A stretch of DNA of 64,000 bases from Thermoplasmata archaeon (GTDB lineage Archaea > Thermoplasmatota > Thermoplasmata > Lutacidiplasmatales > UBA184). The position numbers were made by a program, and so were the translations under genes. Location: positions 32,001 to 96,000 of the forward strand of contig JAGWLG010000003.1 in NCBI GenBank assembly GCA_028864975.1. The letters are read 5' to 3'. Of this stretch, positions 10,085 through 20,406 are shown piece after piece. The notes beneath the pieces are model-generated. The model was not told where the DNA came from, searched no databases, and saw only the letters and a list, made by a program, of their open reading frames with translations. How positions within the stretch are numbered: the first letter of the stretch is position 1; every line of letters starts with the position of its first letter.

Positions 10085-13000
10085 ATGATCCTCGCCCTGG
10101 GACTGGCGCTCCTTCCCCTTCTCGGCCAACCGCTCTTCCCTGCCGCTCAGTCCCCGCCTGCGGAGGTGGCCCATGACCTGCCCACGGTAGGGTCGGACCC
10201 ACCCTCCGCTAGGGCGGCAGCGCAGGGGTCCACGGTTCCGTCCCTCCCGAGCGGCCCAGGGTCCGAGGTGGGGCCAGGGAACGGTACGCAGCGCAACCTC
10301 GCCCCCGGAGGGAACATGGGGGGAGAAGGTCGCGGGACCTCCCCGCTCGTTCCGGGAGCGACCCCGATCTCGGCGAAGGCCCCTCCCGCCCGGTCTTCTC
10401 CGAAGGCGGGGACCGTGCGAGGCCCGCTGACCGTGCCGGACGGGGCCTCGCTCCTCGCCCAGGCCGAGAGCTCTCTGGGCGGGGGCGCAGGCCCGGCCCA
10501 AGGTCAGACCCTCTCCTGCGAGCCCGTCCACGTCGGAGGGAGCGCAGCCTGCTCCTCCTCCCGAGCCGTCCTCTCCCCCAAGCTCCCCGACGGCGCGAGC
10601 ACCCCCTCCTGGACCGAGACCGTGGTGCCGCCTCAGCGCAGCGGCGCGGCGATGGTGTACGACGCGGCCGACGGTTACGTCCTGCTCTACGGCGGGTCGA
10701 ACGCCCAGTCCTCGACCTTGACCGACACCTGGAAGTTCCTGGGCGGGGTCTGGACCCCCCTGTCCCCCTCGACCTACCCCTCTGCGAGGACGGAGGAGAG
10801 CATGACCTATGACAGTGTGGACGGGTACGTCCTGCTGTTCGGGGGGCTCTACGGGAGCTCGACCTACCTCGGGGATACGTGGAAGTTCGTGGGAGGCAGC
10901 TGGACGCAGTTGTGCTCGAGCTGCACCATCACCGCGAGGGAGGGAGCGGCGATGGCGAACGACACGGCCGATGGCTATGTCGTGCTCTTTGGGGGATACA
11001 ACGGGGGATACCTCGCGGACACCTGGAAGTTCACTGGGGTTTCCTGGACGGCGCTCTCGCCACCGACCTCGCCCCCGGCCCGGGCGTACGCCGCCATCAC
11101 CTACGATGAGGGCGACAAGTACGTGGTCGCGTACGGAGGGTACGGCCCAAGTCTCCTCGGTGACACCTGGGAGTTCTTCGGGGGTTCCTGGACGGAGATC
11201 TGCAGCGGCCTGACCTGCCCGCTCACGGCGCGCGCCGCTCCCGGCATGGCGTACGATGAGGTCGATCGCCATGTGGTACTGTTCGGGGGCTCACGGGGAG
11301 GCGCGATCTCCGAGACCTGGACGTATGCGGCGGGGACCTGGACCCAGATCTCTCCTGCGACACCGCCCCCGCCCCGGTACCAGATGGGAGCCGCCTACGA
11401 CGCCCAGGACGGCTACGTCCTGCTGTTCGCTGGTGGGGGTCCCCCGGGCTACTTGGGGGACACTTGGACGTTCGCCTCCGGGAGCTGGACGACGCTCCCG
11501 GCCGAGAGTTCCCCTTCGCAGCGCCAGGACGCGAGCTTGACGTACGACGCGGCGGACGGGTACGTCCTGCTCTTCGGGGGGTACACCCGCGTGGACGGCA
11601 TGGGAGGATACAACTTCGTTCTGAGCGACACCTGGAAGTTCGTCGCCGGGGGATGGACCGAGCTCTACCCCACGAGCTGGCCGGCGGGGCGTTGGGGCGC
11701 CGCCATGGCGTACGATGCGGCGGATGGATACGTGGTCCTGTACGGGGGTTACAACAGCAGCGGCCTCGGAATGTACTACGATGACACCTGGAAGTACCTC
11801 GCGGGATCCTGGACCCAGCTCTGCCTAGGCTGCGGACCCCGTGACGAGTACAGCTCGTTCACGTTCGATACCATCGACAACTACCTGGTGGCGTTCGGTG
11901 GCACCACGGGGGGACCCCTCCAGGGGACCTGGAAGTTCTCGGGGGGTGTGTGGAGCACGCTCGGCCCTGCATCCTCCCCTACAGCCCGCTGGGGGGCGGC
12001 GATGGCCTACGACCCCGTGGACCACTACGTCCTCCTTTTCGGAGGGTACGATGGCACCACCTACGACGGTGACACCTGGAAGTTCCTCGGTGGGCAGTGG
12101 ACCTCGCTCGGGCCTTCCCCGGTCCCCTCCGCGCGTCAAGGAGCGAGCATGGTCGGCGATCCGGCCGATGAGTACGTGGTGCTCTTCGGGGGGACGACAG
12201 GCGCGGGACCTCTCAGCGACACCTGGAAGTGGGCCGGGAACGCCTGGACCGCCTGGTCGCCCTCCACCTCCCCGCCTCCGCGGTTCAACGGCGCGATCGC
12301 CGACGATGTGGCGGACGGGTACGTCGTACTCTTCTCGGGGGACGACGGGACGACCCTGGGTGACACGTGGGAGCTCACCCTCCCGCCGCCCACCGTCTCG
12401 GCGCCTACGCCCAGCCAGGCCGCGGCGGACGTGGGCCAGACCTTCTCCTTCAGCGCGACAGCGAACGGCGGGACGGGGACCTACCCCACCTACACGTGGA
12501 CCCAATCCTCGGTGAACCTTGGCTGCACGCTCGTTAGCGCGCCCTCCATATCATGCACGCCCACCGTCGTCGGCACCTCCTACACCGTCTCGGTCTCCGT
12601 GACCGACTCCGCCGGACGCAGCTCGAGCGTTGCGACCTCGGCCGCTTACACCGTGGACGCCGACCCGACAGTGAGCGTTCCGACAGGAAGCCCCTCCTCG
12701 GGGGGGATCGACAGCGGCGAGACCGTCACCTTCAGCGCCACCTCCACCCCCGGATCGGGCGGGGACACCTATGTCTGGAACAATCTGCCTACGGGGTGTC
12801 TTTCCTCGAGCACGCTCTCGCTGCCCTGCGATCCCGGCACCATGGCCGCGAACGCCACGTTCCTAGTCTCCGTCACGATCAAGGACTCGAACGGCTTCTC
12901 CGTCACGGGGGGGCAGCTCAGCTACCTCGTCCACCCGGCCCCTTCGCCGAGGGTCCCCCTGGCCTCTCCTGGGAGCGGGGGCGTGGACGATGGACAGACG

Positions 13001-16000
13001 GTCACGTTCAGCACGGGCGCGACGCTCGGCACCGGGAGCTACACCCTCTGGTCCTGGTCCGGCCTTCCCGGTTGCACGGGGGCGAACGCCCCCGTGCTGA
13101 GCTGCCCGACGAGCGGGGTCGTGACGAACACCACGTTCACGGTCGCGGTCACGGTCACGGACTCGAACGGGGCCACCGGGACGGCGAGCCTGTCGTACCT
13201 GGTCCATCCGGACCCGGCCGTTACCGTCCCTGCGGGCACCCCGAGCTCGGTCGACAGCGGAGGGACGGTCTCCTTCAGCGAGGTCGCCACCTTAGGGAGC
13301 GGGAGCTACTCGTGGGCCTGGTCGGGCCTGCCGTCCTCTTGCACTTCCCAGGACCTCCGGGTCCTCCCGTGCACCCCCACCGGGGTCGTCGCGAACACCA
13401 CCTTCACAATCACGGCAACCGTGACGGACTCGAACGGGGGGAGCGCGACTAGCTCATCGCTCCTTTACACGGTGGACGCCGACCCTGCGGCGAAGGTCCC
13501 GGTCGCCTCCTCCGCCAGCGGGGCGGTGGACAGCGGCCAGGCGGTCGTCTTCAGCACCGGAGCGACGCTCGGGACGGGGTCGTACACCACGTGGGGATGG
13601 AGCGGGCTACCGGGATGCCCGTCGTCCAACACGCCGGTGTTGAGCTGCCTGACGGGTGGGGTCATTTCGAACACGACCTTCACGGTCACCGTCACGGTCA
13701 CCGACTCGAACGGAGGGAGCGGAAGCGCCTCCCTCTCCTACCTCGTCCACCCCGCACCGGTCCCGAGCGGGATCTCCGCGTCCCCCACGAGCGGGGGCGT
13801 GGACAACGGCCAGACCTTGACCTTGAGCAGCGGGGCCTCTCTGGGCACAGGCAGCTACACGACGTGGACATGGTCGGGGCTTCCCGGGTGCGCCCCCGCG
13901 AACTCCCCGGTGCTGAGCTGTTCGGCGAGCGGCGTGGTCGCGAACACCTCCTACACGATCTCGCTCGTGGTGACGGACTCGAACGGCGGGACGGGAACGA
14001 CCTCGCTCGTGTACGTGGTGCATCCGGACCCCTCGGTCTCCGCCCCTGTGGGGTCCACGTCGTCGGTCGATAGTGGCCAATCGGTCGCGTTCAGCGCTCT
14101 GGCGACCTTGGGCACGGGGAGCTACACGTGGAGCTGGTCGGGGCTCCCGACCTCCTGCTCGTCCCAGGACCTCCGGGTCCTCCCCTGCGTCCCCACAGGG
14201 CTCGCCGTGAACACCACGTTCTCCATCACGGTCTCGGTCCGGGACTCGAACGGGGGGGGCGCCTCGAGCACCTCGTTGTCCTACACCGTGGAGGCCGACC
14301 CCTCTCCCCAGGGCCCGGTCGCCGCCCCCGTCAGTGGGGGGGTCGACAGCGGTCAGACGGTCGTCTTCAGTTCCGGGGGGACCCTGGGGACGGGTTCCTA
14401 CTCCTCGTGGAGCTGGTCCGGTCTCCCGGGATGTCCGAGCTCGAGCTCGCCGGTCCTCTCCTGCACCACCAGCGGGGTGGTGGCGAACACCTCCTACACG
14501 GTGGTCGTGACCGTGACCGACTCGAACGGAGGGAGCGGAATGGCCTCCCTCGTCTATCTTGTCCTTGCGGCCCCGCTCCCGAAGGTCCCCTCGGCCTCCC
14601 CGTCGAGCGGTGGCGTGGACGACGGCCAGACCGTGACCTTCAGCACGGGGGCCACGCTGGGCACGGGGAGCTACTCGTTCTCCTGGTCCGGGCTCCCAGG
14701 GTGCGCGAGCGCGAACACCCCGGTGCTGACGTGCACCACGAGCGGTGTCGCGTTGAACACCACGTTCAGCATCGTGGTCGTCGCGACCGATACGAACGGA
14801 GGGTCGGGAAGCGCCTCGCTCTTCTACCTGGTGCACCCGGACCCCGTGGCGAGGGCCCCCTCGGCGACGCCTCCGAGCGGAGGCGCGGATGAGGGGCAGA
14901 CCGTGACGTTCGACTCGGGGGCCACGCTAGGCACCGGCGTCTACTCGTCGTGGAGCTGGTCGGGCCTTCCCGGATGCGCGAGCGCGAACGCTCCCGTCGT
15001 GACCTGCGCGGTGAGCGGCGTCTCCGCCAACACGACCTTCACGGTCGCCGTGACGGTGGTCGATTCGGACGGAGGGAGCGCTACGGCCTCCCTTTCGTAC
15101 CTGGTACACGCCCTCCCGGTGGCCGCGGTGCCGGTGGCCTCTCCCGGCAGCGGCGCGGTGGACGACGGGCAGACCCTCGTGTTGACCACGGGCGCGACGC
15201 AGGGTACGGGGGCCTACTCCCTGTGGAGCTGGTCGGGGCTTCCCGGGTGCGCGAGCGTGAACGCTCCGACGCTCAGCTGCACCACGGCCGGCGTCTCGGC
15301 GAACACCACGTACACCATCTCGGTCACCGTCACGGATTCGAACGGGGGGTCGGGGAGTGCTTCGCTCTCTTACCTGGTCCACCCCGCCCCGGCTCCGAAG
15401 GCGATCTCGGCCTCCCCGGCCAGCGGAGGCGTGGACGCGGGGCAGACGGTGGTGTTCGGCTCGGGCGCTTCGCTGGGTACGGGGGCCTACACGGCGTGGA
15501 CGTGGTCAGGGCTCCCGGGCTGCACGAGCGCGAACCTCCCCGTGCTCAGCTGCACGACCGGAGGTCTCGCCGTGAACACCAGCTACACGGTCCAGATCTC
15601 CGTCCTGGACTCCAACGGCGGCTCGGGCGTGGCCACACTGGTCTATCTCGTCCTGGCGGACCCGGTGGCGAAGGTCCCGGTCGCCGCCCCCGTCAGCGGG
15701 GGGGTGGACAACGGGCAGACCGTGACTTTCAACGCAGGGGCCACGCAGGGCTCGGGGAGCTACACGACCTGGTCGTGGTCCGGTCTCCCCGGTTGCTCCG
15801 GGGCGAACTCCCCCGTGCTGAGCTGCGCGACCGCAGGGGTCGCCTCGAACACGACCTTCACCGTCGCGGTCACCGTCTCGGACTCCAACGGCGGGTCCGG
15901 GACCGCGAGCCTCTCGTACCTGGTGCACCCCGACCCCGCCATCACGCTTCCCACCGGTTCCCCGTCGGTGATCGACAACGGGGGGACGGTCCAGTTCAGC

Positions 16001-18370
16001 GCCTTGGCGACGCTCGGCTCCGGCGGGTACGTCTGGAGCTGGTCGGGGCTTCCCTCGTCGTGCACCTCCCACGACCTCCGGGTCCTTCCGTGCACTCCCA
16101 CCGGGATCCTGGCGAACACGACCTTCTCGATCACGGCCACGGCGACCGACTCCAACGGCAACAGCGTTACCGGCGCGCCGTTCGCCTACACCGTGGACTC
16201 GGACCCTTCCATCGCGGGCGCGAGCGCTTCCCCCGACCCGACGGACGTCGGGGTGGCTGTCCAGCTCTCGGCCTCCGGCGGGGGCGGCACACCGGCGTAC
16301 CTCTTCCTCTGGAGGTGCACCGACGGGTTCGTCGCCTCCCTTCAGCAAGCGTCCCACTCCTTCTCGACGCCAGGCTCTCCCTCCTGCGAGATCTGGTGGA
16401 ACGACTCGGTGGGTGGGAGCGCGAGCCAGACGCTATCGGTAACTGTGGGGAGTGGGCCGGCGATCGCCCTGGCCGCGACCACGCCCCAGGTCGACGTGGG
16501 CGAGACCGCGAGCGTGGGCGGGACCGTCTCGGGCGGCCTGGGGCCGTTCGTCTGCACCTGGTACGTGAACGGCGTTGCCCAAGGCGGCACGGGCTGCGCG
16601 GGGATGAGCGCTCTCGCCTCTTCCGCCGGGTGGCTCAACTTCACCGCGACCGTCGCGGACTCGCTCGGAGCCATCGGCACCTCCGCCCTTCTCGCGATCC
16701 CTGTCGCGGTGCGGCCCTCCGTCTCGGTCTCGCCCACCGGGGGAGCCTTGGACGTGGGTCAGTCCTTCGTCCTGACCTCGTCCGTCGCCGGAGGCAGCTC
16801 CCCCGTCGCCTGCCAGTGGCTCCTCAACGGGAGCGCCATCGCCTCGGCCACGAGCTGCGTTGGCTACACCTTCCTTCCGTCCCATGGGGGAAGCTACCTC
16901 CTGGGCATCGTCGCCATGGACTCGGCAGCCCCGCCCCGCTCCGGGTGGTCGAACGTCTCGATCAACGTGTCCGCGCCGTTGCTCCTCGCGTTGACCCCCT
17001 CCTCGGGGGTGATGGACCTAGGTCAATCGCTCCTCTTCGTCGTCGCGGCCGCGGGAGGTCGCGCTCCGTATGCCCAGCAGTGGTACCTCAACGGGACCGC
17101 CATCAGCGGGGCAGCCGGTCCTTCCTACCTCTTCACACCCTCGGGGGCGGGGGCCTCCTACCTCCTCGGAGTGGTCGTCGGGGATGCCAATGGGGCCCAG
17201 GTGTGGGCGAACACCTCGATCGCGGTCGACCCCAAGCTCTCGGTCGGGTCCACCCCCGCCGGCCCGCTGGAGGTCGTGGTTGGTTCCTCGGTCGCCTTCC
17301 GCGCCACCACGGCGGGAGGGGACCTTCCCATCTCGTACCGCTGGTACGTGAACGGGGGGTTGCAAGCCGGGGCACCGACCGCCACGTTCACCTTCTCCTC
17401 CGCGAGCCCCGGGGTCTTCGTGGTGAACGTGTCGGTCGCGGACGCCCTCGGGTCCCAAGCGACCTCGACGAGCACGACCGTGGACGTCGTCGCGATCCTC
17501 GTCGCGGTCTCCGGCCCTGCGATGGCCGAGGTCGGGGTCCCGTCGATCTTCATGGCGAGCGTCGAGGGTGGCGTGGGAACGCTCTCCTACCAATGGTCGG
17601 TCGATGGGACGCCCCTCGCCGGGGCGTCGACGAGCAACCTCTCCTTCACGCCGACCACCCCCGGAGCGCACACCCTCACCGTCCTGGTCCGGGATGCCGG
17701 TGGGCTCACCGCCACGAACTCGACCACCGTGCAGACGGTCTCGCGGCTCGCGGTCGCTCTGAGCACCAATACGTCGTCGGCCTTCGTCAGGTGGACGGTC
17801 CATCTAGCGGCCCTGGTCACCGGGGGCACCGGGCCTTACCACTTCCTTTGGACGCTCAACGGGTCCTCGATCCCGGGGGCGACCGGAGCGCTCTACAACT
17901 TCACCGCGCGTGGAGCCGGGAACTACTCGTTCCAGGTCAGCGCGACCGACGCCCAAGGAGTGGGAGCGACCTCGCCCATCCTCGTCCTCACCGTGGCGCC
18001 GATCCCGGGGCCGAGCGGCGGCAAGACCAAGGGGCCCACGGGCTCGGAAGGCCCGCTGTCGCTTCCCGCCCTTCTGGGCATCCTCGGAGGGATCGCGGCG
18101 GTGGTGCTCGCCCTCCTGGTCCTCCTGCGGCGCCGACGCTCCTCCACCCCGCCTCCGTCGCCCGACGAGTTCGCGGATGCTCTCCCGACCGCGCCGATGG
18201 TGGACGCACGGATGCCGACGGGGGAGGACACGCAGGCCCCGACCCCGGGTGGGGACCCCTCGGAGTCGCCGGATGATTTCGACCCGACCCGGCCCCCTCT
18301 GCCCAAGAACCAGACGCTCCCCGCGGTCGGCCCGCCAGGGATCTCGCGGAGCGCGGCGGCGGGTCTCTAG
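10085..18370 (+). CDS. Giant membrane-anchored surface protein: signal peptide, 12 Kelch repeats, about 21 Ig/PKD-like repeats, TM anchor, Pro/acidic tail
   Basis: MILALGLALLPLLGQ signal; repeats read from translation; C-terminal LLGILGGIAAVVLALLVLLRRRR. Upstream ATG 9998 also possible. Confidence 0.88.
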   Translation: MILALGLALLPLLGQPLFPAAQSPPAEVAHDLPTVGSDPPSARAAAQGSTVPSLPSGPGSEVGPGNGTQRNLAPGGNMGGEGRGTSPLVPGATPISAKAPPARSSPKAGTVRGPLTVPDGASLLAQAESSLGGGAGPAQGQTLSCEPVHVGGSAACSSSRAVLSPKLPDGASTPSWTETVVPPQRSGAAMVYDAADGYVLLYGGSNAQSSTLTDTWKFLGGVWTPLSPSTYPSARTEESMTYDSVDGYVLLFGGLYGSSTYLGDTWKFVGGSWTQLCSSCTITAREGAAMANDTADGYVVLFGGYNGGYLADTWKFTGVSWTALSPPTSPPARAYAAITYDEGDKYVVAYGGYGPSLLGDTWEFFGGSWTEICSGLTCPLTARAAPGMAYDEVDRHVVLFGGSRGGAISETWTYAAGTWTQISPATPPPPRYQMGAAYDAQDGYVLLFAGGGPPGYLGDTWTFASGSWTTLPAESSPSQRQDASLTYDAADGYVLLFGGYTRVDGMGGYNFVLSDTWKFVAGGWTELYPTSWPAGRWGAAMAYDAADGYVVLYGGYNSSGLGMYYDDTWKYLAGSWTQLCLGCGPRDEYSSFTFDTIDNYLVAFGGTTGGPLQGTWKFSGGVWSTLGPASSPTARWGAAMAYDPVDHYVLLFGGYDGTTYDGDTWKFLGGQWTSLGPSPVPSARQGASMVGDPADEYVVLFGGTTGAGPLSDTWKWAGNAWTAWSPSTSPPPRFNGAIADDVADGYVVLFSGDDGTTLGDTWELTLPPPTVSAPTPSQAAADVGQTFSFSATANGGTGTYPTYTWTQSSVNLGCTLVSAPSISCTPTVVGTSYTVSVSVTDSAGRSSSVATSAAYTVDADPTVSVPTGSPSSGGIDSGETVTFSATSTPGSGGDTYVWNNLPTGCLSSSTLSLPCDPGTMAANATFLVSVTIKDSNGFSVTGGQLSYLVHPAPSPRVPLASPGSGGVDDGQTVTFSTGATLGTGSYTLWSWSGLPGCTGANAPVLSCPTSGVVTNTTFTVAVTVTDSNGATGTASLSYLVHPDPAVTVPAGTPSSVDSGGTVSFSEVATLGSGSYSWAWSGLPSSCTSQDLRVLPCTPTGVVANTTFTITATVTDSNGGSATSSSLLYTVDADPAAKVPVASSASGAVDSGQAVVFSTGATLGTGSYTTWGWSGLPGCPSSNTPVLSCLTGGVISNTTFTVTVTVTDSNGGSGSASLSYLVHPAPVPSGISASPTSGGVDNGQTLTLSSGASLGTGSYTTWTWSGLPGCAPANSPVLSCSASGVVANTSYTISLVVTDSNGGTGTTSLVYVVHPDPSVSAPVGSTSSVDSGQSVAFSALATLGTGSYTWSWSGLPTSCSSQDLRVLPCVPTGLAVNTTFSITVSVRDSNGGGASSTSLSYTVEADPSPQGPVAAPVSGGVDSGQTVVFSSGGTLGTGSYSSWSWSGLPGCPSSSSPVLSCTTSGVVANTSYTVVVTVTDSNGGSGMASLVYLVLAAPLPKVPSASPSSGGVDDGQTVTFSTGATLGTGSYSFSWSGLPGCASANTPVLTCTTSGVALNTTFSIVVVATDTNGGSGSASLFYLVHPDPVARAPSATPPSGGADEGQTVTFDSGATLGTGVYSSWSWSGLPGCASANAPVVTCAVSGVSANTTFTVAVTVVDSDGGSATASLSYLVHALPVAAVPVASPGSGAVDDGQTLVLTTGATQGTGAYSLWSWSGLPGCASVNAPTLSCTTAGVSANTTYTISVTVTDSNGGSGSASLSYLVHPAPAPKAISASPASGGVDAGQTVVFGSGASLGTGAYTAWTWSGLPGCTSANLPVLSCTTGGLAVNTSYTVQISVLDSNGGSGVATLVYLVLADPVAKVPVAAPVSGGVDNGQTVTFNAGATQGSGSYTTWSWSGLPGCSGANSPVLSCATAGVASNTTFTVAVTVSDSNGGSGTASLSYLVHPDPAITLPTGSPSVIDNGGTVQFSALATLGSGGYVWSWSGLPSSCTSHDLRVLPCTPTGILANTTFSITATATDSNGNSVTGAPFAYTVDSDPSIAGASASPDPTDVGVAVQLSASGGGGTPAYLFLWRCTDGFVASLQQASHSFSTPGSPSCEIWWNDSVGGSASQTLSVTVGSGPAIALAATTPQVDVGETASVGGTVSGGLGPFVCTWYVNGVAQGGTGCAGMSALASSAGWLNFTATVADSLGAIGTSALLAIPVAVRPSVSVSPTGGALDVGQSFVLTSSVAGGSSPVACQWLLNGSAIASATSCVGYTFLPSHGGSYLLGIVAMDSAAPPRSGWSNVSINVSAPLLLALTPSSGVMDLGQSLLFVVAAAGGRAPYAQQWYLNGTAISGAAGPSYLFTPSGAGASYLLGVVVGDANGAQVWANTSIAVDPKLSVGSTPAGPLEVVVGSSVAFRATTAGGDLPISYRWYVNGGLQAGAPTATFTFSSASPGVFVVNVSVADALGSQATSTSTTVDVVAILVAVSGPAMAEVGVPSIFMASVEGGVGTLSYQWSVDGTPLAGASTSNLSFTPTTPGAHTLTVLVRDAGGLTATNSTTVQTVSRLAVALSTNTSSAFVRWTVHLAALVTGGTGPYHFLWTLNGSSIPGATGALYNFTARGAGNYSFQVSATDAQGVGATSPILVLTVAPIPGPSGGKTKGPTGSEGPLSLPALLGILGGIAAVVLALLVLLRRRRSSTPPPSPDEFADALPTAPMVDARMPTGEDTQAPTPGGDPSESPDDFDPTRPPLPKNQTLPAVGPPGISRSAAAGL
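10625..12378 (+). repeat. 12 Kelch repeats (two 6-bladed propellers)
   Basis: Consensus R.GAAMAYD..DGYVLLFGG.....DTWKF.GG.WT, counted 12 times. Confidence 0.85.
12380..18000 (+). repeat. Tandem ~85-92 aa Ig/PKD-like repeats
   Basis: Consensus VD.GQTVTFS.GATLGTGSY..WSWSGLPGC...N.PVLSC...NTTFT..VTDSNGGSG.ASLSYLVHP.P (about 14 copies), then about 7 PKD-like units with W..NG. Confidence 0.85.
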
Positions 18371-18395
18371 CCATCAGCGCTGGCCGAACGGCGCC

Positions 18396-19637
18396 TTACG
18401 CGGGAGCCCCGGCGTGACCCATCAACGGCAGGCCCAGCAGGTCCTGCATCCGGAGCAGGACCTTGCGGCCCCGTGCGCGGTCCCCCGCATCCAGCCCCCC
18501 CCGTCCAAACGCTTGGATGTCCGCCGCCGTCGCCTGCAGCGCGCTCAGGGCCTGAGGGATGTCGAGGTCCAGGGCCAGCGCTCGGGGGATCTTGGCGAAG
18601 CTCCTCTCTAGCCGTTCGACAGGGTACCCCTCGGCCTCGGTCCCGTCCAGGAGCCCGTGGAACGTCCTCTGGAGGTCGTGCCACATCGCGTCGGTCGATC
18701 GGGCGTCCATCTCCAGGTACTCGATCCCGTCCCGATAGGACTTGGAGAGGACGTACCAGCGCAAGGCCGGGGCACAGATCTCGTCCAAGGCCTCGCGGAT
18801 GGTGATGAGGTTCCCCAGGGACTTCGACATCTTCCGCTCCCCCATGGTGACGAACCCTCCGTGCAGGAAGCCCTTCGAGAAGGGGCTACGTCGCAGGCCG
18901 TAGGAGATCAGGTTCTCGGCGTAGTGGTGGGGGAACATGAGATCCAGCCCTCCGCCGTGCAGGTCGAGGGGGAGCGGCAGGAAGCTCGAAGCCATGACGT
19001 AGCACTCGAGGTGCCACCCCGGCATCCCCTTCCCCCAGGGGCTGGGCCAGACGGGCGAAGGGGGGGAGGAGGGCTTCCAGAGGACAAAGTCCCGGGGGTC
19101 CTCCGCCTCGGGCTCCGCGCTCTGCCCGGGTTCCGGGACCGCGTGGGCGCTCAGCATCGCATCCGCGGAGAAGTTCCCTCCGCTCGCCGGCACCGCGCTC
19201 GCGTCGAAGTAGACCGAGCGGCCCTTCCGATAGGCGATCTTCCTCTTCTCGAGCGTCCGGATCGCCTCGATGATCCCCGAGACGTAGTCGCTGGACCTAG
19301 GGCTCCAGCCAGGGGGGATGACCCCCAACGAGGCCATGTCGTGGACGAAGGAGCGTTCCTCTCTTCGCGCCAGCTCCTTCCAGCTCACCCCGAGCTTGAG
19401 GGCCCGACGCGTGAGCTTGTCCTCGAAGTCGGTGATGTTCTGAACGTGGCCGACCCGCGCGCCTTGGGCGAGGAAGAAGCGCTTGACGGTGTCGAAGAGA
19501 AGGTAGGTCCGCGCGTGCCCCACGTGGGCCTGGTCGTACACCGTGGGACCGCAGACGTAGAGCGCAAGGGGACGCCCCCGGGGGGGGCCCAGGACCTGCC
19601 ACCGCCGGGCGAGGGAATCGAGGTATTGGAGGTCCAT
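18396..19637 (-). CDS. cysS: Cysteine--tRNA ligase family protein (short, 413 aa)
   Basis: YVCGPTVYD, HVGH, DFVLWK, GWHLEC, DLHGGGLDLMFPHH..E, KMSKSLGN. Confidence 0.85.
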   Translation of the reverse strand: MDLQYLDSLARRWQVLGPPRGRPLALYVCGPTVYDQAHVGHARTYLLFDTVKRFFLAQGARVGHVQNITDFEDKLTRRALKLGVSWKELARREERSFVHDMASLGVIPPGWSPRSSDYVSGIIEAIRTLEKRKIAYRKGRSVYFDASAVPASGGNFSADAMLSAHAVPEPGQSAEPEAEDPRDFVLWKPSSPPSPVWPSPWGKGMPGWHLECYVMASSFLPLPLDLHGGGLDLMFPHHYAENLISYGLRRSPFSKGFLHGGFVTMGERKMSKSLGNLITIREALDEICAPALRWYVLSKSYRDGIEYLEMDARSTDAMWHDLQRTFHGLLDGTEAEGYPVERLERSFAKIPRALALDLDIPQALSALQATAADIQAFGRGGLDAGDRARGRKVLLRMQDLLGLPLMGHAGAPA

Positions 19638-19757
19638 GGGGGGGCCTCGACACGGCTCGACCGAAAAAGACGAGGGGGGGACCTTCAGGGACTTCGAGAC
19701 CCTAGGGCACGTCGCAGGAGCGCTCCAAGCGCGAAGGCACGGGCCGCACTCCCGTCC

Positions 19758-20144
19758 TCAATAGCGGCTCACGAGGAGGCCCGGGACACGACCGAAGTCC
19801 GGATCTCGGGAGACCACGAAGTCGTGCCGACGGACCGCCAGGGCCGCCACGGCGAGGTCCACCGCTCCTAGCGAGGCGCCGACCCGAAGCGCGTCCCCGC
19901 CCAGGCGGGCGGCCTCGTCGGCCAGATCTCGGTCCACTGTAACCACTTCCAGGGTATCGAACATCCGGGCGGTTCGGTCGAGGTACTTGCCCCCTTTGAG
20001 ATAGGCCCCGGCCATCACCTCGGTGAACACGGGGGCAACGGTCCGCAGGGGTCGGTTCTCGCTTTCGAGGGCCCGGGAGCGCTCCACGGCCTCCGCGACG
20101 TCCTTCGAGACGTCGATGAGGAAGGTGGCATCCAGGACCGGCAT
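19758..20144 (-). CDS. vapC: VapC PIN-domain toxin
   Basis: VLDATFLID, VFTEV, DLAVAALA...VVSRDPDF. Confidence 0.88.
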   Translation of the reverse strand: MPVLDATFLIDVSKDVAEAVERSRALESENRPLRTVAPVFTEVMAGAYLKGGKYLDRTARMFDTLEVVTVDRDLADEAARLGGDALRVGASLGAVDLAVAALAVRRHDFVVSRDPDFGRVPGLLVSRY

Positions 20145-20153
20145 GGGAGTCCT

Positions 20154-20402
20154 CTAGAGGCCCGCGAGCCGACGGATCCGGGCCCTTTCTTTGACCTTTC
20201 CGCGGGCCAGGGCCTCCTCGACCTTACGGAGATCCTTCGCCGACATGTCCGACCAGATCCCTGCAAAGTCGGAGAGACGGCCTCGGGGGCGGGCGAGACG
20301 GCGTACCACGTCGTTAAAGGTCTCGTCCCCCCGGCGGGCCTGCCGCAGCAGGTCGTAGGTGTCAGGGTCCAAGGCGACCGTCTTCACGCGGACCTCGGGC
20401 AT
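20154..20402 (-). CDS. vapB: VapB-type antitoxin (DUF217-like)
   Basis: KTVALD.DTYDLL....RGDETFNDVVRRL...LSDFAGIW; directly upstream of the PIN gene. Confidence 0.82.
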   Translation of the reverse strand: MPEVRVKTVALDPDTYDLLRQARRGDETFNDVVRRLARPRGRLSDFAGIWSDMSAKDLRKVEEALARGKVKERARIRRLAGL

Positions 20403-20406
20403 GACA

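Noticed and set aside
12380-16200. Repetitive DNA as a CRISPR array or tandem repeat element
   Set aside because: Units are about 270-nt degenerate in-frame protein repeats with no constant repeat and unique spacer pattern; no cas genes seen.
6562-18276. Long overlapping ORFs (e.g. 6562-9135 minus, 14950-18276 plus)
   Set aside because: Arg/Gly/Pro-rich shadow frames typical of high-GC coding DNA, with no recognisable motifs.
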